Shown here one piece after another: positions 43,226 to 58,354 of a stretch of 64,000 nt of DNA; within the stretch, counting starts at the first letter, position 1, and every line of letters starts with the position of its first letter. The notes under the pieces are model-generated. The model did not search any database and had not been told where the DNA came from. It was given only the letters and a program-made list of their open reading frames with translations. The translations under genes and the position numbers were made by a program. Source of the DNA: the human T2T-CHM13v2.0 reference genome, Homo sapiens; NCBI RefSeq assembly GCF_009914755.1, contig NC_060933.1; one strand, written 5' to 3'.

Positions 43226-46200
43226 GTGGAATGGAATGGAATCAACCCGAGTGCAGGGGATTGGAATGGAATGGAATGCAATGGAATGGAATCATCCGGA
43301 ATGGAATGGAATGGAATGGAATGCAATCAACCCGAGTGCAGGGGAATGCAATGGAATGGAATGCAATGGAATGGAATCATCCGGAATGGAATGGAATGGA
43401 ATGCAATGGAATGGAATGGAATGGAATCAACCCGAGTGCAATGGAATGGAGTGAAATGGAATGGAATGGAATGGAGACAACCAGAATGGATTGGAATATA
43501 ATGGAGTGTAAGGGAATTGAATAGAATCAATCTGAATGTAATGAAGTGGAATGGAACGGAATGGAATGGAATGGAATGGAATGGAATGGAATGCAATGGA
43601 ATGGAATCAACCCGAGTGCAATCGAATGGAATCGAATGGAATGGAATGCAATGGAATGGATTCAACTTGAATGTAATGGAAAGAATGGAATCAACACGAG
43701 TGGAATGGCATGGATTGGAATGGAATGGAATGGAATCAACCCGAGTACAGGGGAATGGAATGGAATGGAATGCAATGGAATGGAATCATCCGTAATGGAA
43801 TGGAAAGGAATGGAATGGAATGGAATGGAATGGAATGGAATGGAATCAACTCGATTGCAATCGAATTGAATGGAATGGAATTAACCCGAATAGAATGGAA
43901 TTGAATGGAATGGAACGGAACGGAATGGAATGGAATGGAACGGAATGGAATGGAACGGAACGAAACGGAATGGAATGGAATGAAATGGAATGGAATGGAA
44001 TGGAATCAACGCGAGTGCAGGGGAATGGAATGGAATGGAATGCAAAGGAATGGAATCTTTTGGAATGGAATGGAATGGAATGGAATGGAATGGAATGAAA
44101 TGCAATGGATTCAACTCGATTGCAATGGAATGGAATAGAATGGAATGGAATGGAATGGAATGGAATGGAATGGAATCTACGCGAGTGCAGGGGAATGGAA
44201 TGGAATGGAATGCAATGGAATGCAATGGAATGGAATCTTCCGGAATGGAATGGAATGGAATTGAATGGAATGGAATGGAATGGAATCAACCCGAGTGCAA
44301 TGGAATGGAGTGGAATGGAATGGAATGGAATGGAACAACCCGAATGGAATGGAATGTAATGGAGAGTAAGGGAGTTGAATAGAATCAATCCGAATGTAAT
44401 GGAATGGAATGCAACGGAATGGAATTGAATGGAATGGAATGGAATGCAATGGAATGGAATCAACCCGAGTGCAATGGAATGGAGAGGAATGGAATGGAAT
44501 GGAATGGAAACTACCCGAATGCAATGGAATGTAATGGAGTGTAAGGGAATTGAATAGAATCAATCTGAATGTAATGTAATGGAATGGAATGGAATGGAAT
44601 GCAATGGAATGGAATCAACCCGAGTGCAATCGAATGGAATCGAATGGAATGGAATGCAATGGAATGGATTCAACTTGAATGGAATGGAAAGAATGGAATC
44701 AACACCAGTGGAATGGCATGGATAGGAATGGAATGGAATGGAATGGAATCAACCCGAGTACAGGGGAATGGAATGGAATGGAATGCAATGGAATGGAATC
44801 ATCCGTAATGGAATGGAAAGGAATGGAAAGGAATGGAATGGAATGGAATGGAATGGAATGGAATCAACTCGATTGCAATCGAATGGAATGGAATGGAAAT
44901 AACCCGAATAGAATGGAATGGAATGGAATGGAACGGAACGGAATGGAATGGAATGGAATGGAATGGAACGGAACGGAACGGAACGGAATGGAATGGAATG
45001 GAATGGAATGGAATGGAATGGAATGGAATGGAATCAACGCGAGTGCAGGGGAATGGAATGGAATGGAATGCAATGGAATGGAATCTTCCGGAATGGAATG
45101 GAATGGAATGGAATGGAATGAAATGCAATGGATTCAACTCGATTGCAATGGAATGGAATAGAATGGAGTGGAAGGGAATGGAATGGAATGGAATTAACCC
45201 GAATAGAATGGAATGGAATGGAATGGAACGGAATGGAACGGAATGGAATGGAATGGAATGGAATGGAATGGTATGGAATGCAATGGAATGGTACGGAATA
45301 GAATTGAATGGAACGAATTGTAATGGAATGGAATTGAATGGAATGGAATGGAATGGAATGGAATCAACGCGAGTGCAGGGGAATGGAATGGAATCGAATG
45401 GAATGGAATGGAATGGAATGGAATCAACCCGAGTGCAGGGGAATGTAATGGAACGGAATGCAATGGAATGGAAATATCCGGAATGGAATGGAATGGAATT
45501 GAATGGAATCAACCCGAGTGCAATAGAATGGAGTGGAATGGAATGGAATGGAATGGAATGGAACAACCCGAATGGAATGGAATGTAATGGAGAGTAAGGG
45601 AGTTGAAAAGAATCAATCCGAATGTAATGGAATGGAATGGAACGGAATGGAATGGAATGGAATGGAATGGAATGGAATGGAATGCAATGGAATGGAATCT
45701 TCCAGAATGCAATGGAATGGAATGGAATGGAATGGAATGGAATGGAATGGAATAGAATGGAATGCAATGGAATGGAATCAAACCGAGTACAATGGAATGG
45801 AATGGAATGGAATGGAATGGAATGGAATGGAATGGAATGATACGGAATAGAATGGAATGGAACGAAATGGAATGGAATAGAATGGAATGGAATGGAATGG
45901 AATGGAATGGAATGGAATGGAATCGTTCCGAGTGGAATAGGAGGGAATGTATTCGAGTGGAATGGAAAGGAATGTAATCAACCAGAGTGGAATGGAAGGG
46001 AATGGAATGGAATGGAAACTAATAGAATGGAATCAACCCGAGTGGAATGGAATGGAAAGGACTGGAATGGAATGGAATGGAATGGAATCAACTCGATTGT
46101 AATGGAATGGAATGGAATGGAATGGAATGGAATGGAATTAACCCGAATACAATCGAATGCAATGGAATGGAACGGAATGGAGTGGAATGGAATGGAATCA

Positions 46201-49200
46201 ACCCGAGTGCAGGGGATTAGAATGGAATGGAATGCAATGGAATGGAATCATCCGGAATGGAATGGAATGGACTGGAATGCAAAGCAATGGAATCAACTCG
46301 ATTGCAATGGAATGGAATGGAATGGAAAGGAATACATTGGAGTCAACCCGAGTGGAATGGAATGGAAAGGACTGGAATGGAGTGGAATGGAATGGAATGG
46401 AATGGAATGGAATCAACTCGATTGGAATGGAATGGAATGGAATGGAATGGAATGGAATTAACCCGAATAGAATGGAATGGAATGGAATGGATTGGAATGG
46501 AATGGAATGGAATGGAATGGAATGGAATGGAATGGAATGGAATCAACCCGACTGCAGGGGAATGGAATGGAATGGAATGCAATGGAATGGATTCAACTTG
46601 AATGGAATGGAAAGAATGCAATCAACACGAGTGGAATGGCATGGATTGGAATGGAATGGAATGGAATCAACCCGAGTACAGGGGAATGGAATGGAATGGA
46701 ATGCAATGGAATGGAATCATCCGTAATGGAATGGAAAGGAATGGAATGGAATGGAATGGAATGGAATGGAATGGAATGGAATCAACTCGATTGCAATCGA
46801 ATGGAATGGGATGGAATTAACCTGAATAGAATGGAATGGAATGGAATGGAATGGAATGGAATGGAATGGAATGGAATGGAATAAACCTGAGTGCAATGGA
46901 ATGGAGTGGAATGGAATGGAATGGAATGGAACAACCCGAATGGAATGGAATGTAATGGAGAGTAAGGGAGTTGAACAGAATCAATCGGAATGTAATGGAA
47001 TGGAATGGAACGGAAAGGAATTGAATGGAATGGAATGGAATACAATGGAATGGAATCAACCCGAGTGCAATGGAATGGAGAGGAATGGAATGGAATGGAA
47101 TGGAAACTACCCGAATGGAATGGAATGTAATGGAGTGTAAGGGTAATGAATAGAATCAATCCGAATGTAATGGAAAGGAAGGGAACGGAATGGAATGGAA
47201 TGGAAAGGAATGGAATGGAGTGTAAGGGAATTGAATAGAATCAATCCGAAAGTAAGGGAATGGAATGGAATGGAATGGAATGGAATGGAATGGAATGGAA
47301 TGGAATGCAATGGAATGGAATCAACCCGAGTGCAATCGAATGGAATCGAATGGAATGGAATACAATGGAATGGATTCAACTTGAATGGAATGGAAAGAAT
47401 GGAATCAACACGAGTGGAAGGGCATGGATTGGAATGCAATGGAATGGAATCAACCAGAGTACAGGGGAATGGAATGGAATGGAATATAATGGAATGGAAT
47501 CATCCGTAATGGAATGGAAAGGAATGGAATGGAATGGAATGGAATGGAATGGAATCAACTCGATTGCAATCGAATGGAATGGAATGGAATTAACCCGAAT
47601 AGAATGGAATGGAATGGAATGGAACGGAACGGAATGGAATGGAATGGAATGGAATGGAATGGAATGGAACGGAACGGAATGGAATGGAATGGAATGGAAT
47701 GGAATGGAATGGAATGGAATGAACGAGAGTGCAGGGGAATGGAATGGAATGGAATGCAATGGAATGGAATCTTCCGGAATGGAATGGAATGGAATGGAAT
47801 GGAATGAAATGCAATGGATTCAACTCGATTGCAATGGAATGGAATAGAATGGAATGGAATGGAATGGAATTAACCCGAATAGAATGGAATGGAATGGAAT
47901 GGAACGGAATGGAACGGAATGGAATGGAATGCAATGGAATGGAATGGAATGGTATGGAATGGAATGGAATGGTACGGAATAGAATGGAATGGAACGAATT
48001 GTAGTGGAATGGAATTGAATGGAATGGAATGGAATGGAATGGAATCAACGCGAGTGCAGGGGAATGTAATGGAACGGAATGCAATGGAATGGAATCATCC
48101 GGAATGGAATGGAATGGAATGGAATAGAATGGAATAGAATGGAATCAACCCGAGTGCAATGGAATGGAGTGGAATGGAATGGAATGGAATGGAACAACCC
48201 GAATGGAATGGAATGTAATGGAGAGTAAGGGAGTTGAATAGAATCAATCCGAATGTAATGGAATGGAATGCAACGGAAGGAAATGGAATGGAATGGAATG
48301 GAATGCAATGGAATGGAATCAACCCGAGTACAATGGAATGGAATGGAATGGAATGGAATGGAATGGAATTGAATGCCTTCAAACCGAATGGAATGGAAAG
48401 GAATGGAATCAACACGAGTGGAATGGAATGGAATGGAATGGAATGGAATGATACGGAATAGAATGGAATGGAACGAAATGGAATGGAATGGAATGGAATG
48501 GAATGGAATGGAATCGTTCCGAGTGGAAAGGAGGGAATGTATTCGAGTGGAACGGAAAGGAATGGAATCAACCAGAGTGGAATGGAAGGGAATAGAATGG
48601 AATGGAAACTAATAGAATGGAATCAACCCGAGTGGAATGGAATGGAAAGGAATGCAATGGAATGGAATGGAATGGAATGGAATAGAATGGAATGGAACGA
48701 AATCAACGCGAGTGCAGGGGAATGGAATGGAATGGAATGGAATGGAATGGAATGGAATCAACTCGAATGCAATCGAATGGAATGGAATAGAATTAACCCG
48801 AATAGAATGGAATGGAATGGAATGGAACGGAACGGAATGGAATGGAATGGAATGGAATGGAATGGAATGGAATGGAATCAACCCGAGTGCAATCGAATGG
48901 AATCGAATGGAATGGAATGCAATGGAATGGATTCAACTTGAATGGAATGGAAAGAATGGAATCAACACGAGTGGAATGGCATGGATTGGAATGGAATGGA
49001 ATGGAATCAACCCGAGTACAGGGGAATGGAATGGAATTGAATGCAATGGAATGGAATCATCCGTAATGGAATGGAAAGGAATGGAATGGAATGGAATGGA
49101 ATGGAATGGAATCAACTCGATTGCAATCGAATGGAATGGATTGGAATTAACCCGAATAGAATGGAATGGAATGGAATGGAACGGAACGGAATGGAATGGA

Positions 49201-50065
49201 ATGGAATAGAATGGAATGGAACGGAACGGAATGGAATGGAATGGAATGGAATGGAATGGAATGGAATGGAATCAAAGCGAGTGCAGGGGAATGGAATGGA
49301 ATGGAATGCAATGGAATGGAAACTTCCGGAATGGAATGGAATGGAATGGAATGGAATGAAATGCAATGGATTCAACTCGATTGCAATGGAATGGAATAGA
49401 ATGGAATGGAATGGAATGGAATGGAATTAATCCGAACAGAATGGAATGGAATGGAATGGAACGGAATGGAACGGAATGGAATGGAATGGAATGGAATGGA
49501 ATGGTATGGAATGGAATGGAATGGTACGGAATAGAATGGAATGGAACGAATTGTAATGGAGTGGAATTGAATGGAATGGAATGGAATGCAATGGAATGGA
49601 ATCACCCCGAGTTCAATGGAATTGAGAGGAATGGAATGGAATGGAATGGAAACTACCCGAATGGAATGGAATGTAATGGAGTGTAAGGGAATTGAATAGA
49701 ATCAATCCGAATGTACTGGAATGGAATGGAACGGAATGGAATGGAATGGAATGGAATGGAATGGAACGGAATGGAATGGAATGGAATGGAATGGATTGGA
49801 ATGGAAAGAAATGCAATGGAATGGAATCAACCCGAGTGCAATCGAATGGAATCGAATAGACTGGAATGCAATGGAATGGATTCATCTTGAATGGAATGGA
49901 AAGAATGGAATCAACACGAGTGGAATGGCATGGATTGTAATGGAATGGAATGGAATCAACCCGAGTACAGGGGAATGGAATGGAATGGAATGCAATGGAA
50001 TGGAATCATCCGTAATGGAATGGAAAGGAATAGAATGGAATGGAATGGAATGCAATGGAACGGAA

Positions 50066-50755
50066 TCAACTCGATTGCAATCGAATGGAATGGAATGGAA
50101 TTAACCGAATGGAACGGAATGGAATGCAATGGAATGGAACGGAAAGGAAAGGAATGGAATGGAATAGAATGGAATGGAATGGAATCAACGCGAGTGCAGG
50201 GGAATGGAATGGAATGGAATGCAATGGAATGGAATCTTCCGGAATTGAATTGAATGGAATGGAATGGAATGGAATGGAATGGAGTGGAATCAACTCGATT
50301 GCAATCGAATGGAATGGAATGGAATTAACCGAATAGAATGGAATGGAATGGAATGGAATGGAACGGAAAGGAATGGAATGGAATGGAATGGAATGGAATG
50401 GAATCAACGCGAGTGCAGGGGAATGGAATGGAATGGAATGCAATGGAATGGAATCTTCCGGAATTGAATGGAATGGAATGGAATGGAATGGAATGGAGTG
50501 GAATCAACTCGATTGCAATCGAATGGAATGGAATGGAATTAACCCGAATAGAATGGAATGGAATGGAATGGAACGGAACGGAAAGGAATGGAATGGAATG
50601 GAATGGAATGGAACGGAACGGAATGGAATGGAATGGAATGGAATGGAATGGAATCAACGCGAGTGCAGGGGAATGGAATGGAATGGAATGCAATGGAATG
50701 GAATCTTCCGGAATGGAATGGAATGGAATGGAATGGAATGGAATGGAATGGAATC
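50066..50755 (+). repeat. Local triplication of a ~215-250 bp module
   Basis: Three consecutive CAACTCGATTGCAATCG - TAACC(C)GAAT - CAACGCGAGTGCAGGGG - CTTCCGG modules. The first two share a 1-bp deletion (TTAACCGAAT at 50101 and 50325) and CTTCCGGAATTGAAT. Confidence 0.8.
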
Positions 50756-53700
50756 AACCCGAGTGCAATGGAATGGAGTGGAATGGAATGGAATGGAATG
50801 GAACAACCCGAATGGAATGCAATGTAATGGAGAGTAAGGGAGTTGAATAGGATCAATCCGAATATAATGGAATGGAATGGAACGGAATGGAATTGAATGG
50901 AATGGAATGGAATGCAATGGAATGGAATCAACCCGAGTGCAATGGAATGGAGAGGAATGGAATGGAATGGAATGGAAACTACCCGAATGGAATGGAATGT
51001 AATGGAGTGTAAGGGAATTGAATAGAATCAATCCGAATGTAATGGAATGGAATGCAACGGAATGGAATGGAATGGAATGGAATGGAATGGAATGGAATGC
51101 AATGGAATGGAATCAACCCGAGTGCAATCGAATGGAATCGAATGGAATGGAATACAATGGAATGGATTCAACTTGAATGGAATGGAAAGAACGGAATCAA
51201 CACGAGTGGAATGGCATGGATTGGAATGGAATGGAATGGAATCAACCCGAGTACAGGGGAATGGAATGGAATGGAATGCAATGGAATGGAATCATCCGTA
51301 ATGTAATGGAAAGGAATGGAATGGAATGGAATGGAATGGAATCAACTCGATTGCAATCGAATGGAATGGAATGGAATTAACACGAATAGAATGGAATGGA
51401 ATGGAATGGAACGGAACGGAATGGAATGGAATGGAATGGAATGGAATGGAATGGAACGGAACGGAATGGAATGGAATGGAATGGAATGGAATGGAATCAA
51501 CGCGAGTGCAGGGGAATGGAATGGCATGGAATGCAATGGAATGGAATCTTCCGGAATGAAATGGAATGGAATGGAATGGAATGGAATGGAATGGAATGGA
51601 ATGGAATCAACTCGATTGCAATCGAATGGAATGGAATGGAATTAACCCGAATAGAATGGAATGGAATGGAATGGAACGGAACGGAACGTAATGGAATGGA
51701 ATGGAATGGAATGGAATGGAACGGAACGGAACGGAATGGAATGGAATGGAATGGAATGGAATGGAATGGAATGCAATGGGTTCAACTCGATTGCAATGGA
51801 ATGGAATAGAATGGAATGGAATGGAATGGAATGGAATTAATTCGAACAGAATGGAATGGAATGGAATGGAACGGAATGGAACGGAATGGAATGGAATGTA
51901 ACGGAATGGTATGGAATGGAATGGAATGGTACGGAATAGAATGGAATGGAACGAATTGTAATGCAATGGAATTGAATGGAATGGAATGGAATGGAATGGA
52001 ATCAACGCGAGTGCAGGGGAATGTAATGGAACGGAATGCAATGGAATGGAATCATCCGCAATGGAATGGAATGGAATGGAATGGAATGGAATCAACCCGA
52101 GTGCAATGGAATGGAGTGGAATGGAATGGAATGGAATCAACCCGAGTGCAATGGAATGGAGTGGAATGGAATGGAATGGAATGGAACAACCCGAATGGAA
52201 TGGAATGTAATGGAGAGTAAGGGAGTTGAATAGAATCAATCCGAATGTAATGGAATGGAATGCAACGGAATGGAATGGAGTGGAATGGAATGGAATGCAA
52301 TGGAATTGAATCAATCCGAGTACAATGGAATGGAAAGGAATGGAATGGAATGGAAGGGAATGGAATGGAATGGAATGATACGGAATAGAATGGAATGGAA
52401 CGAAATGGAACGGAATGGAATGGAATGGAATGGAATGGAATGGAATGGAAACTAATAGAATGGAAACAACCCAAGAGGAATGGAATGGAAAGGACTGGAA
52501 TGGAATCGAATGGAATGGAATCAACTCGATTGTAATGGAATGGAATGGAATGGAATGGAATGGAATGGAATTAACCCGAATACAATGCAATGGAATGGAA
52601 TGGAACGGAATGGAGTGGAATGGAATGGAATCAACCCGAGTGCAGGGGAATGGAATGGAATGGAATGCAATGGAATGGAATCATCCGGAATGGAATGGAA
52701 TGGAATGGAATGCAAAGCAATGGAATCAACTCGATTGCAATGGAATGGAATGGAATTGAAAGGAATACATTGGAATCAACCCGAGTGGAATGGAATGGAA
52801 AGGACTGGAATGGAGTGGAATGGAATGGAATGTAATGGAATGGAATCATCCGTAATGCAATGGAAAGGAATGGAATGGAATGGAATGGAATGGAATGGAA
52901 TGGAATCAACTCGATTGCAATCGAATGGAATGGAATGGAATTAACCCGAATAGAATGGAATGGAATGGAATGGAACGGAACGGAACGGAATGGAATGCAT
53001 TGGAATGGAATGGAATGGAATGGAATGGAACGGAAAGGAATGGAATGGAATGGAATGGAATGGAATGGAATGGAATGGAATGGAATCAACGCGAGTGCAG
53101 GGGAATGGAATGGAATGGAATGCAATGGAATGGAATCTTCTGGAATGGAATGGAATGGAATGGAATGGAATGGAATGGAATGGAATGGAATAAACCCGAG
53201 TGCAATGGAATGGAGTGGAATGGAATGGAATGGAATGGAACAACCCGAATGGAATGGAATGTAATGGAGAGTAAGGGAGTTGAATAGAATCAATCCGAAT
53301 GTAATGGAATGGAATGGAAAGGAATGGAATTTAATGGAATGGAATGGAATGGAATGGAATAGAATCAACACGATTGCAATGGAATGGAATGGAATCGAAT
53401 TAACCCGAATAGAATGGAATGGAATGGAATGGAACGGAAAGGAATGGAATGGAATGGAATGGAATGGAATGGAATGGAACGGAACAGAATGGAATGGAAT
53501 GGAATGGAATGGAAAGGAATGGAATCAACGCGAGTGCAGGGGAATGGAATGTAATGGAATTCAATGGAATGGAATCTTCCGGAATGGAATGGAATGGAAT
53601 TGAATCAACCCGAGAACAACGGAATGGAGTGGAATGGAATGGAATGCAATGGAACAAGCCGAATGGAATCGAATGTAATGGAGAGTAAGGGAGTTGAATA

Positions 53701-54022
53701 GAATCAATCCGAATATAATGGAATGGAATGGAACGGAATGGAATGGAATGGAATGGAATGCAATGGAATGGAATCAACCCGAGTGCAATCGAATGGAATC
53801 GAATGGAATGGAATGCAATGGAATGGATTCAACTAGAATGGAATAGAAAGAATGGAATCAACACGAGTGGAAGGGCATGGATTGGAATGGAATGGAATGG
53901 AATCAACCCGAGTACAGGGGAATGGAATGGAATGGAATGCAATGGAATGGAATCATCCGTAGTGGAATGGAAAGGAATGGAATGGAATGGAATGGAATGG
54001 AATGGAATAGAATGGAATGGAA

Positions 54023-56380
54023 TCAACTCGATTGCAATCCAATCGAATGGAATGGAATTAACCCGAATGGAAAGGAATAGAATGGAATGGAACGGAACGG
54101 AAAGGAATGGAATGGAATGGAATGGAATGGAATGGAATGGAACGGAAAGGAAGGGAATGGAATGGAATAGAATGGAATAGAATGGAATCAACGCGAGTGC
54201 AGGGGAATGGAATGGAATGGAAAGCAATGGAATGGAATCTTCGAGAATGGAATGGAATGGAATGGAATGGAATGGAATCAACCCGAGTCCAATGGAATGG
54301 TGTGGAATGGAATGGAATGGAATGGAACAACCCGAATGGAATGGAATGTAATGGAGAGTAAGGGAGTTGAATAGAATCAATCCGAATGTAATGGAATGGA
54401 ATGGAACGGAATGGAATGGAATGGAATGGAATGGAATGCAATGGAATGGAATCAACCCGAGTGAAATCGAATGGAATCGAATGGAATGGAATGCAATGGA
54501 ATGGATTCAACTTGAACGGAATGGAAAGAATGGAATCAACACGAGTGGAAGGGTATGGATTGGAATGCAGTGGAATGGAATCAACCCGAGTACAGGGGAA
54601 TGGAATGGAATGGAATGCAATGGAATGGAATCATCCGTAATGGAATGGAAAGGAATGGAATGGAATGGAATGGAATGGAATGGAATGGAATGGAATCAAC
54701 ACGATTGCAATCGAATGGAATGGAATGGAATTAACCCGAATAGAATGGAATGGAATGGAATGGAACGGAACGGAATGGAATGGAATGGAATGGAATGGAA
54801 TGGAACGGAACGGAACGGAACGGAACGGAATGGAATGGAATGGAATGGAATGGAATGGAATCAACGCGAGTGCAGGGGAATGGAATGGAATGGAATGCAA
54901 TGGAATGGAATCTTCTGGAATGGAATGGAATGGAATGGAATGGAATGGAATGAAATGCAATGGATTCAACTCGATTGCAATGGAATGGAATAGAATGGAA
55001 TGGAATGGAATGGAATGGAATGGAATTAACCCGAATAGAATGGAATGGAATGGAATGGAATATAATGGAATTAACCCGAATAGAATGGAATGGAATGGAA
55101 TTGAACGGAATGGAATGGAATGGAATGGAATGGAATGGAATGGAATCAACCCGACTGCAGGGGAATGGAATGGAATGGAATGGAATGGAATGGAATCATC
55201 CGGAACGGAATGGAATGGAATGGAATGGAATCAACTCGATTACAATGGAATGGAATGGAATGGAATGGAATGGAATGGAATGGAATGGAATGGAATTAAT
55301 CGGAATAGAATGGAATGGAATGGAATGGAACGGAATGGAATGGAATGGAATGGAATGGAATGGAATGGAATGGAATGGAATCAACTCGATTGCAATCCAA
55401 TCGAATGGAATGGAATTAACCCGAATGGAAAGGAATAGAATGGAATGGAACGGAACGGAAAGGAATGGAATGGAATGGAATGGAATGGAATGGAACGGAA
55501 AGGAAGGGAATGGAATGTAATAGAATGGAATAGAATGGAATCAACGCGAGTGCAGGGGAATGGAATGGAATGGAAAGCAATGGAATGGAATCTTCGAGAA
55601 TGGAATGGAATGGAATGGAATGGAATGGAATCAACCCGAGTCCAATGGAATGGAGTGGAATGGAATGGAATGGAATGGAATGGAATCAACACGATTGCAA
55701 TCGAATGGAATGGAATGGAATTAACCCGAATAGAATGGAATGGAATGGAATGGAACGGAACGGAATGGAATGGAATGGAATGGAATGGAATGGAATGGAA
55801 CGGAACGGAACGGAACGGAACGGAATGGAATGGAATGGAATGGAATGGAATGGAATCAACGCGAGTGCAGGGGAATGGAATGGAATGGAATGCAATGGAA
55901 TGGAATCTTCTGGAATGGAATGGAATGGAATGGAATGGAATGGAATGAAATGCAATGGATTCAACTCGATTGCAATGGAATGGAATAGAATGGAATGGAA
56001 TGGAATGGAATGGAATGGAATTAACCCGAATAGAATGGAATGGAATGGAATGGAATATAATGGAATTAACCCGAATAGAATGGAATGGAATGGAATTGAA
56101 CGGAATGGAATGGAATGGAATGGAATGGAATGGAATGGAATCAACCCGACTGCAGGGGAATGGAATGGAATGGAATGGAATGGAATGGAATGGAATGGAA
56201 TCATCCGGAACGGAATGGAATGGAATGGAATGGGATCAACTCGATTACAATGGAATGGAATGGAATGGAATGGAATGGAATGGAATGGAATGGAATGGAA
56301 TTAATCGGAATAGAATGGAATGGAATGGAATGGAACGGAATGGAATGGAATGGAATGGAATGGAATGGAATGGAATGGAA
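54023..56380 (+). repeat. ~1.36-kb tandem duplication with ~365-bp internal deletion in the second copy (A-X-B-A'-B')
   Basis: Block A words (GATTGCAATCCAATCG, CTTCGAGAAT, CCCGAGTCCAAT) recur at +1353 to +1358. Block B words (CAACACGATTGC, CTTCTGG, TATAATGGAATTAACC, CATCCGGAACGG, TAATCGGAATAG) recur at +990 to +1005. Confidence 0.85.
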
Positions 56381-56620
56381 TCAATTCGAGTGCTGGGGAA
56401 TGGAATGGAATGGAATGCAATGGAATGGAATCATCCGGAATGGAATGGAATGGAATGGAATGCAATCAACCTGACGCAATGGAATGGAATGGAATGGAAT
56501 GGAATGGAATGGAATCAATTCGAGTGCTGGGGAATGGAATGGAATGGAATGCAATGGAATGGAATCATCCGGAATGGAATGGAATGGAATGGAATGCAAT
56601 CAACCTGATGCAATGGAATG
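56381..56620 (+). repeat. 134-bp tandem duplication (2 copies)
   Basis: Private words TCAATTCGAGTGCTGGGG at 56381/56515 and TGCAATCAACCTGA(C/T)GCAAT at 56461/56595. Confidence 0.9.
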
Positions 56621-58354
56621 GAGTGGAATAGAATGGAATGGAATGGAAACATCACGAATGGAATGGAATTTAATGGAGTGTAAGGGAATTGAATAGAATC
56701 AATCCGAATGTAATGGAATGGAATGGAATGAAATGGAATGGAATGGAATGGAATGGAATCAACCCGAGTGCAATGGAATGGATTCGAATGGAATGGAATG
56801 GAATGGAATGGAATGGATTCAACAAGAATGGAATGGAAAGGAATGGAATCAACCCGAGTGTAATGGCATGGAATGGAACGGAATGGAATGGGATGGAATG
56901 GAATGGTACGGAATAGAATGGAATGGAATGAAATGGAATAGAATGGAATGGAATGGAATGGAATGGAATGGAATGGAATGGAATGGAATGAACCCGTGTG
57001 CAATGGAATGGAATGGAATGGAATGGAATGGGTTCAACGCGAATGGAATCCACTCGATTGCAATGGAATGGAATGGAATTAAAAGGAATAGAATGGAATC
57101 AACCCGAGTGGAGTGGAATGGAAAGGACTGGAATGGAGTGGAATGGAATGGAATGGAATTAACCCGAATAGAATGAAATGGAACGGAATGGAATGGAATG
57201 TAACGGAATGGAATGGAATGGAATCAACCCGAGTGCAGGGGAATGGAATGGAATGGAATGCAATGGAATGAAATCATCCGGAATGGAATGGAATGGAATG
57301 GAATGGAATGGAATTGAATGGAATGGAATCAACTCGATTTCAATGGAATGGAATGGAATAGAATGGAACGGAATTAACACGAATAGAATGGACTGGAATG
57401 GAATGGAATGGAACAGAAAGGAATGGAATGGAATGGAATGGAATCAACCCAAGTGCAGGGGAATGGAATGCAATGGAATTCAATGGAATGGAAACATCCG
57501 GAATGGAATGGAATGGAATGGAATGGAATGGAATGGAATGGAATGGAATCAACCCGAGTGCAATGGAATGGAGAGGAATGGAATGGAATGGAATGGAAAC
57601 TACACGAATGGAATGGAATGTAATGGAGTGTAAGGAAATTGAATAGAATGAATCCGAATGGAATGGAATGGAATGGAATGGAAAGGAATGGTATGGAATG
57701 GAATGGAATAGAATGGAATGGAATGGAATGGAATGGAATCAACCCGAGTACAGGGGAATGGAATGGAATGGAATGTAATGGAATGGAATCATCCGTAATG
57801 GAATGGAAAGGAATGGAATGGAATGGAATGGAATGGAATGGAATGGAGTGGAATCAACTCGATTGCAATTGAATGGAATGGAATGGAATTAACCCGAATA
57901 GAATGGAATGCAATAGAATGGAACGGAACGGAACAGAATGGAATGGAATGGAATGGAATGGAATGGAATGGAATGGAATGGAACAGAATGGAATGGAATG
58001 GAATGGAATGGAATGGAATGGAATAGAATGGAATGGAGTGGAATCAACGCGAGTGCAGGGGAATGGAATGGAATGGAATGCAATGGAATGGAATCTTCCG
58101 GAATGGAATGGAATGGAATGGAATGGAATGGAATGGAATCAACCCGAGTGCAATGGAATGGAGTGGAATGGAATGGAATGGAATGGAACAACCCGAATGG
58201 AATGGAATGTAATGGAGAGTAAGGGAGTTGAATAGAATCAATCCGAATGTAATGGAATGGAATGGAACGGAATTGAATGGAATGGAATGGAATGGAATGG
58301 AATGGAATCAACACGATTGCAATGGAATGGAATGGAATGGAATTAACCCGAATA

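Noticed and set aside
53184-53200. AATAAA polyadenylation-like signal in GGAATAAACCCGAG (several copies)
   Set aside because: It is a single C>A variant of GGAATCAACCCG, with no evident downstream U-rich element or transcript-end evidence.
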